Source of the DNA: the human T2T-CHM13v2.0 reference genome, Homo sapiens | Length of the DNA: 64,000 nucleotides | NCBI RefSeq assembly: GCF_009914755.1 | Contig: NC_060929.1 | Reading direction: 5' to 3' (one strand) | Shown: one piece after another, positions 28,861 through 42,695 of the stretch | How the letters are laid out: every line of letters starts with the position of its first letter | How positions within the stretch are numbered: the first letter of the stretch is position 1 | Notes under the pieces: model-generated | What the model saw: only the letters and a program-made list of their open reading frames with translations | Told to the model about the DNA's origin: nothing | Databases searched by the model: none | Program-made: the position numbers and the translations under genes

Positions 28861-29519
28861 AAAGAATGGGGGAGAAAAAATATTTGAAGAAATAATAGCC
28901 AAAATGCCTCAAATTTGGAGGTGTAAGTTTACAGCCTTAAGAAAACCAGTGAATTTTAACAGAATAAATGCAAAGAAAACCAAGAGTAGACATATCAGCA
29001 TCAAAGGGCTAAAAATCAAATATAAAGGGCAAATATTGAAAGCAGCCATATAAAACCCATCCATTAAACACAAAGAAACAAGAATTCTGACTTCTCATTT
29101 AAAACTATGGAAGACAAAAGACAGTGGAACAAAATCTTTGAAATAATGAAGAACAAAAAGCCCTCTCAGCCAAGAATTCTACAGCTAGCAAAACTAGCCT
29201 TCAAGAATGACAGTGAAATAAAGGCATTTTCAGAAGAGAGAAAACTAAGGGGATGAATTGCCAATAGATCTGAAGGGACAATAAATAGAATTATATCATT
29301 GCAGGATTCTTACACTTTGTCTGAAATTTCACAATGTTATATCTAAGAAGATAGTTTTATAAATTAAGAATGCATATTGTAGTCCCCTACAACCACCACT
29401 AAAAATAATGTAGGGTATAGCTAACAAGCCAACAGATGAAATTAAAATGAAATTTTAAAAATATTCAAGTAATCTACTTGAAGGTAAAAAGGGGAAAATG
29501 AAAAAATACAAGAGATGAA

Positions 29520-29768
29520 GCATAGAGAATTTTGGGGGCTATGAAGTTATTCTGTATGGTACTATAATGGCAGATGATGATTATGATGTGTCAGTGTGGT
29601 TCAATTGTAACAAATTGTAATACTCTGGTGGGGAATGTTGATAATGGAGGAGACTATGCATTTGTAGAGGATTGGGGTATATGAAAAGTTTCTCTATACA
29701 TTCCACTCAATTTTGCTGTGAGACTAAACCTACTCTAAAAAAATAAAATCTATTTAAACAAAAAAAGA
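29520..29768 (+). mobile_element. L1MC 3'-end fragment
   Basis: ctctggtggggaatgttgataatggaggagactatgc ... ctcaattttgctgtga...ctctaaaaaaataaaatcta. Confidence 0.8.
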
Positions 29769-30851
29769 GGGAAAACATAAAACAATTAATTAAGTGGTAG
29801 GCCTAAGTTTAATCATATTCATAATTATATTAAACGTCACTGGGCAACTTAAAGTTTCAATTCCAACATGTAAGGAGCATGAAAATCATCACTTCTCCTA
29901 TTATAACAAGATAATCTGGGTAATCTGAAAATCAATGGCTTTTCTTGGACTCATCAGAAAACTTAAGTTTCAGGGAAAACCATCACCCTAAAATCTGGAG
30001 AAACAAGTGAATCCTAAGTCACAGTTGAAATCTTACTACCTAAAGAAAAAGTCTCAAGAGCTGTTAACTGATAGGAACACTTAAATGGAAATTTTGATGA
30101 ATTTCTGGAGACTGGGTATGGATTACTATGAGGGTAAAAATTTCCTAAAGGCCTTTTTCTTAGGTATTTCCCCAGATTTCCATGGGCTTTACCTCCAGGA
30201 GCACTACCAAGTGATCACAGTGAAGATCCCAAAGAAATCCCCTCATGGCTCTGGCAGTTGGGGGTGGGAAAAGGTTAATCATTGTGAAATATGTTCAGAG
30301 CCCTCTCCTTAACAAAGTTCTACTTACAGGGGAAAAGACTTTGCCAGAGCTTTATCCTGTCTGGGGAAAGGGCATTCCTTCTAACCCACCTCCCCTAAGG
30401 TGGGAAAAAAAAGTCAGTAAAGGTTATAGCTTCAAAGTAATAGAGCTGCAGCCATGGAAAGGAATTAGGGAATGAGCTATACTACTGGAAAACACTTTTA
30501 AGATCACATTCCAGAGACACGGGTGCACTAAAAGATTGAAATTTAATTATAAGATTACAAAATGCCATTTCTTCCTCACACCTCACCACCACACCAACAG
30601 GCCCTAGTAAAACAACTGTGACAGAGACACAAGCTGTAGACTATATGTAAAGAGTCAAGGGAAGTTCTTAAGGAAGTCTAAAGACAATGGAGGAAACAAA
30701 ATCAAGGACATTAGGGGAATTTGAAGCTTCTAGCATTTACAGCTACAACAAACATTAAACAGCTGAAATCCTAGTTAGATAAATATAAAACCTCATGCTA
30801 AAGGCCTATTACCTCAGTTCCTATTACTCAATGCATCATGTCTGGCTTTCA

Positions 30852-30852
<1 letters not shown>

Positions 30853-30888
<36 letters not shown>
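30853..30888. repeat. (AC)18 microsatellite
   Basis: Uninterrupted AC run. Confidence 0.98.
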
Positions 30889-30891
<3 letters not shown>

Positions 30892-31332
30892 ATGCTAAAA
30901 GATAAAAAAAAAAACTTAGTCTGAAAAGGCAAATCAAGAATCAGAACAAGATATGACACAGATTTTGGAATTTTCAGACAAGGAATTTGAAATAACTATG
31001 ATTAATATGTTAAGTACGCTAAGAGGAAAAGGAGACACCATGTAAACAGAAATGGATAATGTAAGCAGAAAGATGGAAACTCTAAGAAAGAATAAAAAGG
31101 AAATGCTAGAAATCAAAAACATTGTAACAGAAATAAAGAATGCCTTTGATGGGGTCACCAGTAGACTAGACATGATCAAGGAAAGAATTAGTGAGCTTGA
31201 AGATATATTGACAAAATTTCTCAGACTAAAACAAAGATAGAAAAGAGAATGAAAAAAAAAACTCATTAACAGAAAATCCAACAACTATGAGACAACTGCA
31301 AAATGTGTCACATGTGCATAGTTGAAACGCCA

Positions 31333-31337
<5 letters not shown>

Positions 31338-31377
<40 letters not shown>

Positions 31378-31378
31378 A
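31338..31378. repeat. Compound (TA)n(GA)n microsatellite
   Basis: TA run directly followed by GA run inside L1 ORF1. Confidence 0.95.
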
Positions 31379-32320
31379 GGAGGTAGGAAAGAAGGAAGGA
31401 GCTGAAGGAACAAAGGCTAATAAAAACTGAGCATTTTCCAAAATTTATGACAGACAGCAAATCATAAGTCCAGGAAGTGCAGAGAACACCAGGCAGGATA
31501 AATATCAACACACACATACCTACACTGTCATATTCAAACTGCAAAAACTAACAAAAACTAAAGGGAAATCTGAGAAGAATCCAAAGGATAAAAACTTTTT
31601 TTCCTGTACTGGAAGAAGGATAAGAATTACAATGGGCTTCTCATCGTAAACTATACAACAAAAAAGGGATGAAGTAAAATCTTTAAAGTCTTAAAAAACT
31701 ACCAGTGTAGAATTCTATGTCCAACAAAGTTATCCTTTAAAAGTGAAAGAGGAATAAAGACTTTCTCAGACAAACAAAAACTGAGGGAATTCATTGCCAG
31801 CAGACCTCCCTAAAAGAAGTGTTAAAAGTAGTCTTTCAGGCAGAGGAAATTTTTTAGTTCGGAAACTTGGAACTACAGAAAGAAAAGAAGAGCATCGGTG
31901 AAGAAACAAATAAAGATAACATAGAATCTGTTACTTTTCTTTTTCTTAAAAGATAACTGTTTAAAGTAATAATAGTAACAATTTGTTAAAGTAATAATAG
32001 TAACAATGTCTATAGCATATGGATAAGTGAAATGAATGACTGCAATGTTACAAAGACTGAAAAGAGGAACTGAGCACACAGTTATAAGGCATCTGCATTA
32101 CACGTGTTCTTTGAAAGTGAACTGATATTTGTTAAAAATATATATTACAACCTCTGGGAAACTTTTTTTTAATTTCAAAAAAGTATAATTGTTATGCTAA
32201 AACAGATTTTTTTAAAATCATATAAAATGATCAATTAAAACTGGGAGTGGGAGACCAAAAAAATGTAATAAATAAAAAATAGTTACATAGTACATATTAA
32301 CTTATTTATATAAATAGCCA

Positions 32321-32476
32321 TTTTTTTTTTTTGAGACAGAGTCTTGCTCTGTTGCTCAAGCTGGAGTGCAATGGCACAATCTCAGCTCACTGTAAACTTC
32401 CCTCCTGGGTTCAAGTGATTCTCCTGTCTCAGCCTCCAGGAGAGCTGGGATTATATGAGCACACGACCATGCCCAG
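32321..32476 (-). mobile_element. Alu right arm only (5'-truncated insertion)
   Basis: Poly-T then antisense right monomer ending ccatgcccag; TSD aatagcca(t/c)ttt on both sides. Confidence 0.92.
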
Positions 32477-33765
32477 AATAGCCACTTTAAATGGTAACAG
32501 TATAAAACACTGAGTAAAAGACTACAATTGTTAAGGCAGATTTTTAAAAAAGGCCTAACTAGATATGTCTCTATGAAACCCACTACAAATATAAAGACTC
32601 AAGAGAAAAGTAAAGGGATGGAGAAAGAACATCACAATAATACCAATCAAAGTAAGCTGAAGTAGTTGTATAACTTCAGACAAATGTGACTGACTTTAGA
32701 AGAGGGAAAATTATCAGAGCTAAAGAGGATATTACACAATGAAAAAGGACTCAATTCTCCAAGAAGGCATAACAATCCTAAACATGTATGCACCTAACAA
32801 TAATGTCAAAATATATGAAGCAAAAATGGATAGAGCAGCAAGAAGAAATGAAAAAAATCATTATTATAGTTGAAGACTTTAATATGTTTCTGTCAGTAAC
32901 TGATAGGTCAAGCTGGCACAAATTTAATAAAGATACAGTTGGCCTGAAAAGCACTATCAATTAACTGGATCTAATTGATGTTTATAGAATACTCCATCCA
33001 ACTACAGCAAAATACACATTCTTCTCAAGCTCACATGAACATTCGCCAGGATAGGTCACATTATTAGCCACCGAGTACACCTTAACATGTTAAGAGAATA
33101 TAAATCATATGAAGCATGTTCTCAGACAACCATGGAATTAAAGGAGAAATCAGCAACAGAATGATAGCTGGAAAACACTGAAATATTTGGAAATTGAACA
33201 ACATATTTCTAAATAACACATGACTTAAAGAAGAAATATCAAGAGAAATTTAGAATATTGAACTAAACGAAAGTAAAATACAATTTTTCAAACTTTGTGA
33301 GATAGAGTTACAGCAGTGCTAAGAAAGAAATCTGTAGCATTAAATGCCATTAAAAAGGAGAAAGATCTAAAATCAAAAACCTGTGTCCACCTTAAGAAAC
33401 CAGAGAAAGAAGAACAATTAAAGTCTAAATGAAACAAAAGAAAATAAGTATAAAAATTTGAACATAAGTCAATGAAACTGAACATGAGAAAATAATAAGA
33501 GAAAATGAGTGAAATCAAAAGCTGATTCTTTAAAAAGATTACTAAAGTTGACAAAACTATTGCCAGGCTAACAAAGAAAAACAGAGAGAAGACACAAATA
33601 ACCAATATAAGAATAAAATAAGAATCACCATTACTAACCCCATGAATATTAAAAGTGTAATACATGAATATTATAAACAACTCTATGCTCACAAATTTGA
33701 TAGCTTAGATGAAACTGACAAATTCCTTGAAAGACTCAAACTATCAAAACTCACATAAGAAACAG

Positions 33766-33985
33766 AGATTGCATATCTCTTATTCAAAATGCTTAAGACT
33801 AGAACTGCTTTAGATTTTGAATTTTTTCAGATTTCGGAATATTTGCACATACATAAGGAGATATCTTGGGGATGGTACCCAAGTCTAAACACAAAATTAG
33901 TGTATGTTTCATGTACACATTGCCAGAAGGAAATTTTATACAATATTTTTAATAATGTTATGGATGAAACAAAGTTTTAACAGCA
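33766..33985 (+). mobile_element. Tigger4b/MER46B 5' portion
   Basis: cttattcaaaatgctt...gagatatcttggggatggtacccaagtctaaacac...gaaacaaagtttt; 3' part absent. Confidence 0.85.
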
Positions 33986-35651
33986 CTTTTTAAATTTTTT
34001 AAAACTGCTTGTGAGTACAAGGGAAGCGTACATATTTATGATATGTACATATTTATGATATGATATTTTGATACAGACATGCCATATGTAATAATCACAT
34101 CAGGATAAATGGGGCACCCATCACCTGAAGAATTTATCTTTTCTTTGTGTTACAAACAATCCAATTATACTCTTTTAGTTATTTTAAAATGTACAATAAA
34201 TTATTGCTGACTGTAGTCACTCTGTTGTGCTATCAAATACTTGATCTTATTTATTCTAATTATAATCTTATATCAATTAACCATCTCCACTTCTCCCCCA
34301 CCCCACTACCCTTCTCAGCTTCTAGTTACCATCATTCTACTTTCTATCTTATAGAGTTCATTTCTTATAAACTTTAGTTCCCACAAATTAGTGAGAACAT
34401 GTGAAGTTTATCTTTATCTTATTTCACTTAACGTAATAAACTGTAATTCCATTCATATTGTTGCAAATTACAGAATTTTATTCTTTTTATGGCTGAATAG
34501 TACTTCATTGTGTACCACCACATTTTCTCTATCCATTCATCTGTTGATGAACACACATTACTTCCAAATCTTCACTATTGTGAATAGTGTTACAGTAAAC
34601 TGAGAGTGCAGGTATTTTTTCAATATACTGATTTCCTTTCTTTTGGGTATATACCTAGCAGTGAGATTTCTGGATCATATGGTAATTCTATTTTTAGTTT
34701 TTTGAGAAAGCTCCAAACTATTCCCCATGGTGGTTGTACTCATTTATATTCCTGCCAACAGTGTACAAATGTTCCATTTTCTCCATATTCTTGCCAGCAT
34801 TGGTTATTGCCTATCTTTTGGATAAGAGCCATTTTAACTGGGGTAAGATGATATCTCATTTTTGTTTCAATTTGCATTTCTCTGATGCATAATGATGTTG
34901 GCACCTCTTCATATGCCTGTTGCCATTTGTATGTTTTCTTTAGAGAAATGTCTATTCAGATCTTTTGCCCATTTTTAAATTAGATTATTAGATTTTTTTT
35001 TCCTATAGAGTTGTTTGAGCTCCTTATATATTCTGGTTATTAATCCTTTGTCAGATGGGTAGTTTGCAAATATTTTCTCCCATTCTGTAGGTCGTCTCAT
35101 CTCATGAATGTTTTATTTTAGTAGTTGCATAGTTTGAGGTCTCAGATTTAGGTCTTTAATCCATTTTTATTTGTTTTTTGTATATGACAAGAGATAGGGA
35201 TCTAGTTTCATTCTTCTGCATATGGTTATCCAGTTTTCCCAGCATATCCAGTTTTCCCAGCACCATTTAGGGAAGAGACTATCCTTTCCCCAATGTATCT
35301 TCATGGCATCTTTGTTGAAAATGAGTTCATTGTAAAAACATAGATTTAGTTCTGAGATCTCTATTCTGTTCCATTTGTCTATGTGTCTGTTTTTATACCA
35401 GTACCATGCTCTTTGGTTACTAGAGTTCTGCAGTATAATTTGAAGTCAGGTAATGGGATTCCTAGTTTTGTTCTTTCTGCTTAGGACATCTTGAGCTATT
35501 CTTGGTCTTTTGTGGCTCCATATAAATTTTAGGGTTATTTTTCTATTTCTGTGAAGCATGTTATTGGTATTTGGATGGGGATTGCATTTAATGTGTAGAT
35601 CGCTTTGGGTAGTATGGATGTTTTAACAATATTCATTCTTCCAATCCATGA

Positions 35652-36026
<375 letters not shown>

Positions 36027-37265
36027 TGTTTTATAGTTTTCATTGTAGAGATTTCCTTTTTTTTTTTTTTTGTTAATTCATGAGTATTTAATTTTATTTG
36101 TGGTGATTATAAATGGGACTCATTTCTTTATTTCTTTTTCACATTGTCCTCTGTTAGCATATAGAAATGCTACTGATTTAGGTATGTTGATTATGTGTCC
36201 TGCAACTTTACTAAATCTGTTTATCACTTCTAATAATTTTTTAGTGGTCTTCAGATTTTTCCAAATATAAGATCACATCATCTGCAAACAAGGATAATGT
36301 AACTTTTTCCTTTCCAATTTGGATGCCTTTTATTTCCTTCTCTTGTCTGATTGTGCTAGCAAGAACTTGCTGCACTATGTTGAATAACAGTGGTGAAAGT
36401 GAGCATCCTTTTCATGTTCCAGATCTTAGAGGAAAGGCTTTCAGTTTTTCCCCATTCAGTATGATACTAGCTGTGGGCCTGTCACATATGGCTTTTATTG
36501 TGTTAAGGTATGTTCCTTCTAAACCCAGCTTTTTAAGGGCTTTTTGCATGAAGTGATGTTAAATTTTATCAAATCTCTTCTCAATCAATTGAAATGATCA
36601 TATGATTTTTGTCCTTCATTCAGTTGACATGATGTATTAACTTGATTGATTTGCATGTGTTGAACCATCCTCGCAGCACTCTTCCCTCCCCTTTTCACAT
36701 GTAGAAGAGTCTCTCCTCATGGCTACCACTGCCCCATTTTCATGATGAGTACTACCTGACTACTGCTGATGTTCATTCAAGGCCCAGGGGCTTTTCAATC
36801 AGCTTATGGAGAAGGCTGCCAGGCCTGAGACTCTCCCTTCAGGGCAGTGGGCTCCCTTCTGGCTCAGGGCAGGTCCAGAAATGCTGTCCAAGAGCCAAAG
36901 CCTGGAATCAGGGACTTCAAGGGCCCACTTGTTGCTTTACCTCACTGTGGCTGAGCTGGTACCTAAGCTGCAAGACAAAGTTCCCTTTAGTCTTCCCTCT
37001 CCTTTTCTCAAGCAGAAATCCCTTCCCATAGCCACCACAGCTGGGAATATGCCCGGTCACATCTGAAGCACATCTCTGAATCTCACCAAAGGTCCACAGG
37101 GACTACTGCCTGGTACCACTACTGATTATTCAGGGCCCAAGGGCTGTTTCGTCAGCAGTGATGAATCCTGCCAGGATTGGGTCATTTCCTTCAAAGCAGT
37201 GGGTTCCCTTCTGGCCCAGGGTGTGTCTGGAAATGTCTACAAGCTAGGGCCTGGAATTGGGGATC

Positions 37266-37632
37266 TGATATGGTTAGGCTTTGTGTCCCCACCCAAATGT
37301 CATTTTGAATTTTAATCCCCCAGTGTCAAGGAAGAGATCTGGTGGGAGGTGATTAAATCACAAGGGTGGTGTCCCCCATGCTGTTCTCGTGATAATGAGT
37401 GAGTTCTCACGAGGTCTGGTGGTTTTATAAGTGTCTGACAGCTCCTCCTTTATGCATTCACTGTCTTTCACCTGCCACCACGTAAGATGTGCTTCTTCCC
37501 CTTCTGCTATGATTTTAAATATCCTGTGACCTCCCCAGCCATGTGGAACTGTGAATCAATTAAACCTCTTTTCTTTATAAATTACCCAGGCTTGGGAAGC
37601 TCTTTATAGTGGTGTGAGAATGGACTATTATA
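37266..37632 (+). mobile_element. THE1D-like MaLR solo LTR, complete
   Basis: tgatatggttaggctttgtgtccccacccaaat ... gtgtgagaatggactattata; 5-bp TSD ggatc/gggtc. Confidence 0.93.
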
Positions 37633-38294
37633 GGGTCTCAGCTCTCTCCCTGGTGCTCTATCTTAACGTGGCTGAGCTGGTATCCAAGTTGCAAGACAGT
37701 CCTCTTTACTCTTCCCTCTCCTTTCCTCTAGCAAAGGAAGGAGTCTCCCCCGGAGCTGCAAGCTGTATTGCCTGGGGTTGGGTGAGGAGTGACAAAAGCA
37801 CTCCCTTGGTCACTCCAACTGGTGTCTCACTGAGTCATGTGCCCCCAGAGTCCACTGGCTCCATGCCCAGCATAGCACTGGGACTTGCCCAGGAATTGTA
37901 GTGCTTTTGGCCTGGACTGCCTTTCAAGTTTATTTGGAGTCACAGAGCACTTTAGCCCCTTTTAGTCAGAATTCAGTTTCCAGCTGCTGGGATGAGCAAG
38001 TCTCTTCTAGATAGGGCTGGTCTAAATGCTCACTCTGTGGGTGCTAGCTGAATTCTGCCTAAAATTGCTTTTCACAGTGTCAAGACAGCATGGAGTTCTA
38101 AAGCAAAATCCCACAATCACTATGGTCTTCCTTCCCCAAGCGCACAGATTCTCCATGCCATGTGGCAACTGTTGAGGGAATGGGGAAGGGGTGGTGGCAG
38201 CAATTCAAGACTATCTTTTCTACCCTCTTATGCCTTTTTAATGATATGAAGTTAAAACCAGGCACTGTTCCCTTTAGTCTTGAGTTTCCTGAGG

Positions 38295-38710
38295 TTCAAA
38301 TTGCAATATTTTATTGAGGATTTTTGCATCTGTGTTCACAAGAGGTGTCAGTGTATATTTTTCTTGTAATGTCTTTATCTGGTTTTGGTATCAGGATAAT
38401 ACTAGCCTCATAAATGAGTTAGGAAGTTTTGCTCTCCTCAGATTTTCTGGAAGATATTGTAAAGCATTGGCATTATTTCTTCCTTCATGTTTGGTAGAAT
38501 TCACAAGTGAAAACATCTGGGCCTGGTGCTTTCTATTTTGTACAGTATTAATTGTTGATTCCATTTCTTTAATGATATACACCTATGTGAATTAGCTATT
38601 TCTTATTGTACAAATTTTACTAGATTGTGTATTTTATGTAATTATTTTTTAGATTGTGTCTTTTAAGAAATTAGTCAATTCAATCCAAGTTAGCAACCTC
38701 ATGGGTATAG
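38295..38710 (-). mobile_element. L1M ORF2 middle fragment
   Basis: Reverse strand reads ccaggcccagatgttttcacttgtgaattctacc ... gatgcaaaaatcctcaataaaatatt. Confidence 0.85.
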
Positions 38711-38999
38711 AATCTCCAAACTTTTTTATTCCTTTCTTTACAATCTGCCATAGCAGTTTTTGCTTCTCTATCTCATTTAATGTGGACCATGACTTTCCAT
38801 AAAGGTCCAAGAGCAATCCAGCAGTGTACTAGAATTATCTCCAAGGGTGCTTGCCATATGTTAAATTCTGTATCATGGACAGTACCTTCTTATTAAAAAA
38901 GATATAATCACTCCCCCTTATTAGTTTTCCCCAGCACATGCCTGGATGATTTAGGCTTAAATGTAATCCTAGTATTGGTCTAGTGGTCAGAAGGAGAAT

Positions 39000-40015
<1,016 letters not shown>

Positions 40016-40450
40016 TGCATTAGATTGAGTTCCCCAGACACAAGGCCTGAGACAGGGTTTGTAATGCATGTGATTTGAGAGAGTGCTTTTCAGGAAATTA
40101 TTCCTATATAGGGAGAGAAGGAAATATAACAGGAAAGGATAAAGAGCCAAGTAAGGCTGTGTTTTCTGGTAAAGGCTAGCTACGGCTTAATCCAGAGGGG
40201 AGGCTCAGAAGCATAAACCACACCGTGGTGTTGACCCTTCTTGAGGCAAGGAATCCAGCAGTAGTCCCATATTAGTCATTCACTGTCTGAGGACCATTCC
40301 CAGAGGAGATATAACTTCCCAGGGGTGGTGGTTCTCATTAGAAGATGGCAATTCTCTGAAACATTTGACATTGTTAGCAGTTGACACACAGCATCTAGAG
40401 GTGTGGGTGCACTGCCTTGCTAAATGGGGATCTGGGTAAGACATTATTAC
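40016..40450 (-). mobile_element. ERVL LTR (LTR16/LTR33-like); 5' LTR of the adjacent internal segment
   Basis: ttagattgagttccccagacacaaggcctgagacagggttt resembles the antisense LTR16/33 3' end and abuts the ERVL leader. Confidence 0.62.
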
Positions 40451-40459
40451 ATTACAAGT

Positions 40460-41610
40460 GGTGAAAGGAGAGTCTTTTCTATACTCAGTGCTATGAAAAC
40501 TGGATATCCAGTTGATGCAAAAAATATTGAATTACCTTCATGCCATATTAAAACTTTATTTAATTCCAAGCATTGTAAATATATATATTAAAGGTTGTTA
40601 CACAATAACATCCCCAGAAAAAAGTATGCTATCTTCATATTCTTAGAATAGTATAAAATTTCTTGACCATCACATGAAAAAAGCATTATCCTTAAAGAAC
40701 ATGATTGTTTAAATTAATTACTTTTGCACATTTAAGGACATCATTAAGAGAATGAAAAGGCAAACCACAGAAGGGAAGAAGATACAGGCATTATAGATAT
40801 CTGACAAAAGATTGATCAGAGTATATGACAGTCCTACAAAGTAATGAGAAAAAGACTAACAACTTTATTTTTACAATTATTTTTGCAAAAGATATGGACA
40901 TGCTCTTCATAAGAGGATATGGCTGTCAAACATATGAAAGAGCGCTCAGGATCATTAATCAAGAAAATCTGAAACCACTATGTATCCATCTGAGTGACTA
41001 AAATTAAAAAGACTAATGATAATAAGTGCTGACTGGGATGTGGAGAAACTGGAACTCTCCTCCACTGCTACTGGGAGGATAAATCGTGACCATTTGAAAA
41101 ACCATTTAGCTATATATACTACAAGAGTATACACACTCAATGACATAGAAATTTCATTCATAGGTAAAATATTTAAGAGAAATGTGTATATATGCAGACA
41201 AAAGAGCATGTGCAAGAATGTTCATAGCAATGTTATTTGTAATAGCTGAAAACTGGAAACCAAAATGCCCCTGAAGAGTAAAATAGGTAAGTATATTTAT
41301 ATCATGAAATTTTATACAGTAATAAAAATAAACAAATTACTGCCACATACAGCAGTATAAATTAATCTCACAGAAAATAAAATCAAAGCATATAATTTCA
41401 TTTATATGAAGTGTAAGTTGTTACCTCTGAGGGAACAAGAGAGGATCATTATTAGGAACAGGCATGAGAGGATTGGCTGGGTGTTGGTAATGTTATGTTT
41501 CTTCCTAATCATTTTGCAAAAATTAATCAAGCAGCACAATGGGGATTTATGCCTCTACCTGTATGCATTTTATATTTTAATATACAATACAATTTTAAAA
41601 CAAAATATAA
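40460..41610 (+). mobile_element. Old L1M (ME-like) ORF2 C-terminus plus 3' UTR
   Basis: ggatgtggagaaactggaactctc; gcaagaatgttcatagca; A-rich end. Confidence 0.8.
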
Positions 41611-42248
41611 AGGACTTGCAATTAATAAATCATGATTTTCTGAGTTAGCCCAGGAACAACCTTTAAATAGCCTTTAAAAAATATGTATCAGGTCTCATGC
41701 TAAAATCCGTATTAATTACAGTTGGATAATTCTTTGTACTTTACAAAGTCTTTTCATATATTATCTTTTTATTGATGTAATGTAATGGTAAATCAGTATT
41801 AGAACATTTCTGAAGTGAAGGGAAACCAGAGCCCAGCTATGCCCACACAAAATCTGTGTGAAGTTATCTCACATTTGAGAGGGAAAACTGCAAGAGAAGT
41901 AAAATGCTGCTAACTTTTTTTAATCCCTCAAGTGTATCCAGGGAAGTCCAATTTTATTTTTCCCACCCCTTCATCATATGTTTCCCACAATATTTTTCCC
42001 TTTCTCTCTTTTTCTCTCTCTTCCTTTTCCCCTCCTCTGAGATTCCCTCCTTTTCTTCCATTTTCTTCCTTCTTCAGTCTCCTCTACAGTAGTTTCATGG
42101 AGATAGTAGAGACAGTGGTGAAGGTATCACCATTAAGGCTATTCATGGGGAGAATGGTTTATTCTTCTGATATTTTCCATTTCAAACACTAGTGTTAATT
42201 CTTTATCTGTCTAAATTTTCTCAAAAAAAAATATGGTAGAGCACATGA

Positions 42249-42695
42249 TGTAGGTAGTTAACTGTCCACCAAAAATTCATGGTCTCCCATCCACAGTGTA
42301 GAGATTCTTTGAAAAGTGACTGCCCAGCTAAGGACTACGTTTTCCGGTCTTCTCTACAACTAGGTAAGACCATATAAATTGAGTTCTAGCCTATGAACTC
42401 AAGATTTCCACTCATGCCATGGAAATGTTACATGCCATGTCCAGTTCTGGTCCATAAAATTCTTTTCTCTGGCTTATTTTCCCTAGTAGGAAATCCCTGT
42501 TGGGAAAACCTTGGTGCATCCATATACTGAAGTTAGCAAGACCTCTATCAACCTAGATTTCTAAATGACTGTGTGGAGAAAAGCTACTGCCCACATTTTC
42601 CCCTGCCTACCACTGGTATATGGACAAGAAATAAACTTGTATTATATTTGAACCTATATACTTTGGGGTCTATTTGTTAAAGCAATTTGCCCTGA
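42249..42695 (+). mobile_element. Old MLT1 MaLR LTR
   Basis: gaaataaacttgtattat...tggggtctatttgttaaagca 3' end; ggactacgttttcc...gagttctagcctatg interior. Confidence 0.7.

Larger units (their letters stand above)
24060..29845 (+). mobile_element. Old host L1M (ME-like): 5' UTR, ORF1, inter-ORF and ORF2 start, fragmented by nested insertions
   Basis: ORF1-like A-rich sequence at 24900-25650 resumes at about 28861 (aatgggggagaaaaaatatttgaagaaataatag); ORF2-start-like ataattatattaaacgt at about 29820. Confidence 0.7.
29846..33765 (+). mobile_element. Second nested L1M with 5' end: 5' UTR, ORF1, inter-ORF, ORF2 5' third
   Basis: 5' terminus similar to that at 25655 (ttccaacatgtaaggagc); ORF1 coiled-coil peptide KEMLEIKNIVTEIKNAFDGVTSRLDMIKERISELED; ORF2 EN homology from about 32480. 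Confidence 0.88.

Noticed and set aside
27152-33692. ORF1/endonuclease peptides as a domesticated L1 gene
   Set aside because: Only 60-130 aa pieces in shifting frames, interrupted by Alu/LTR insertions and deletions
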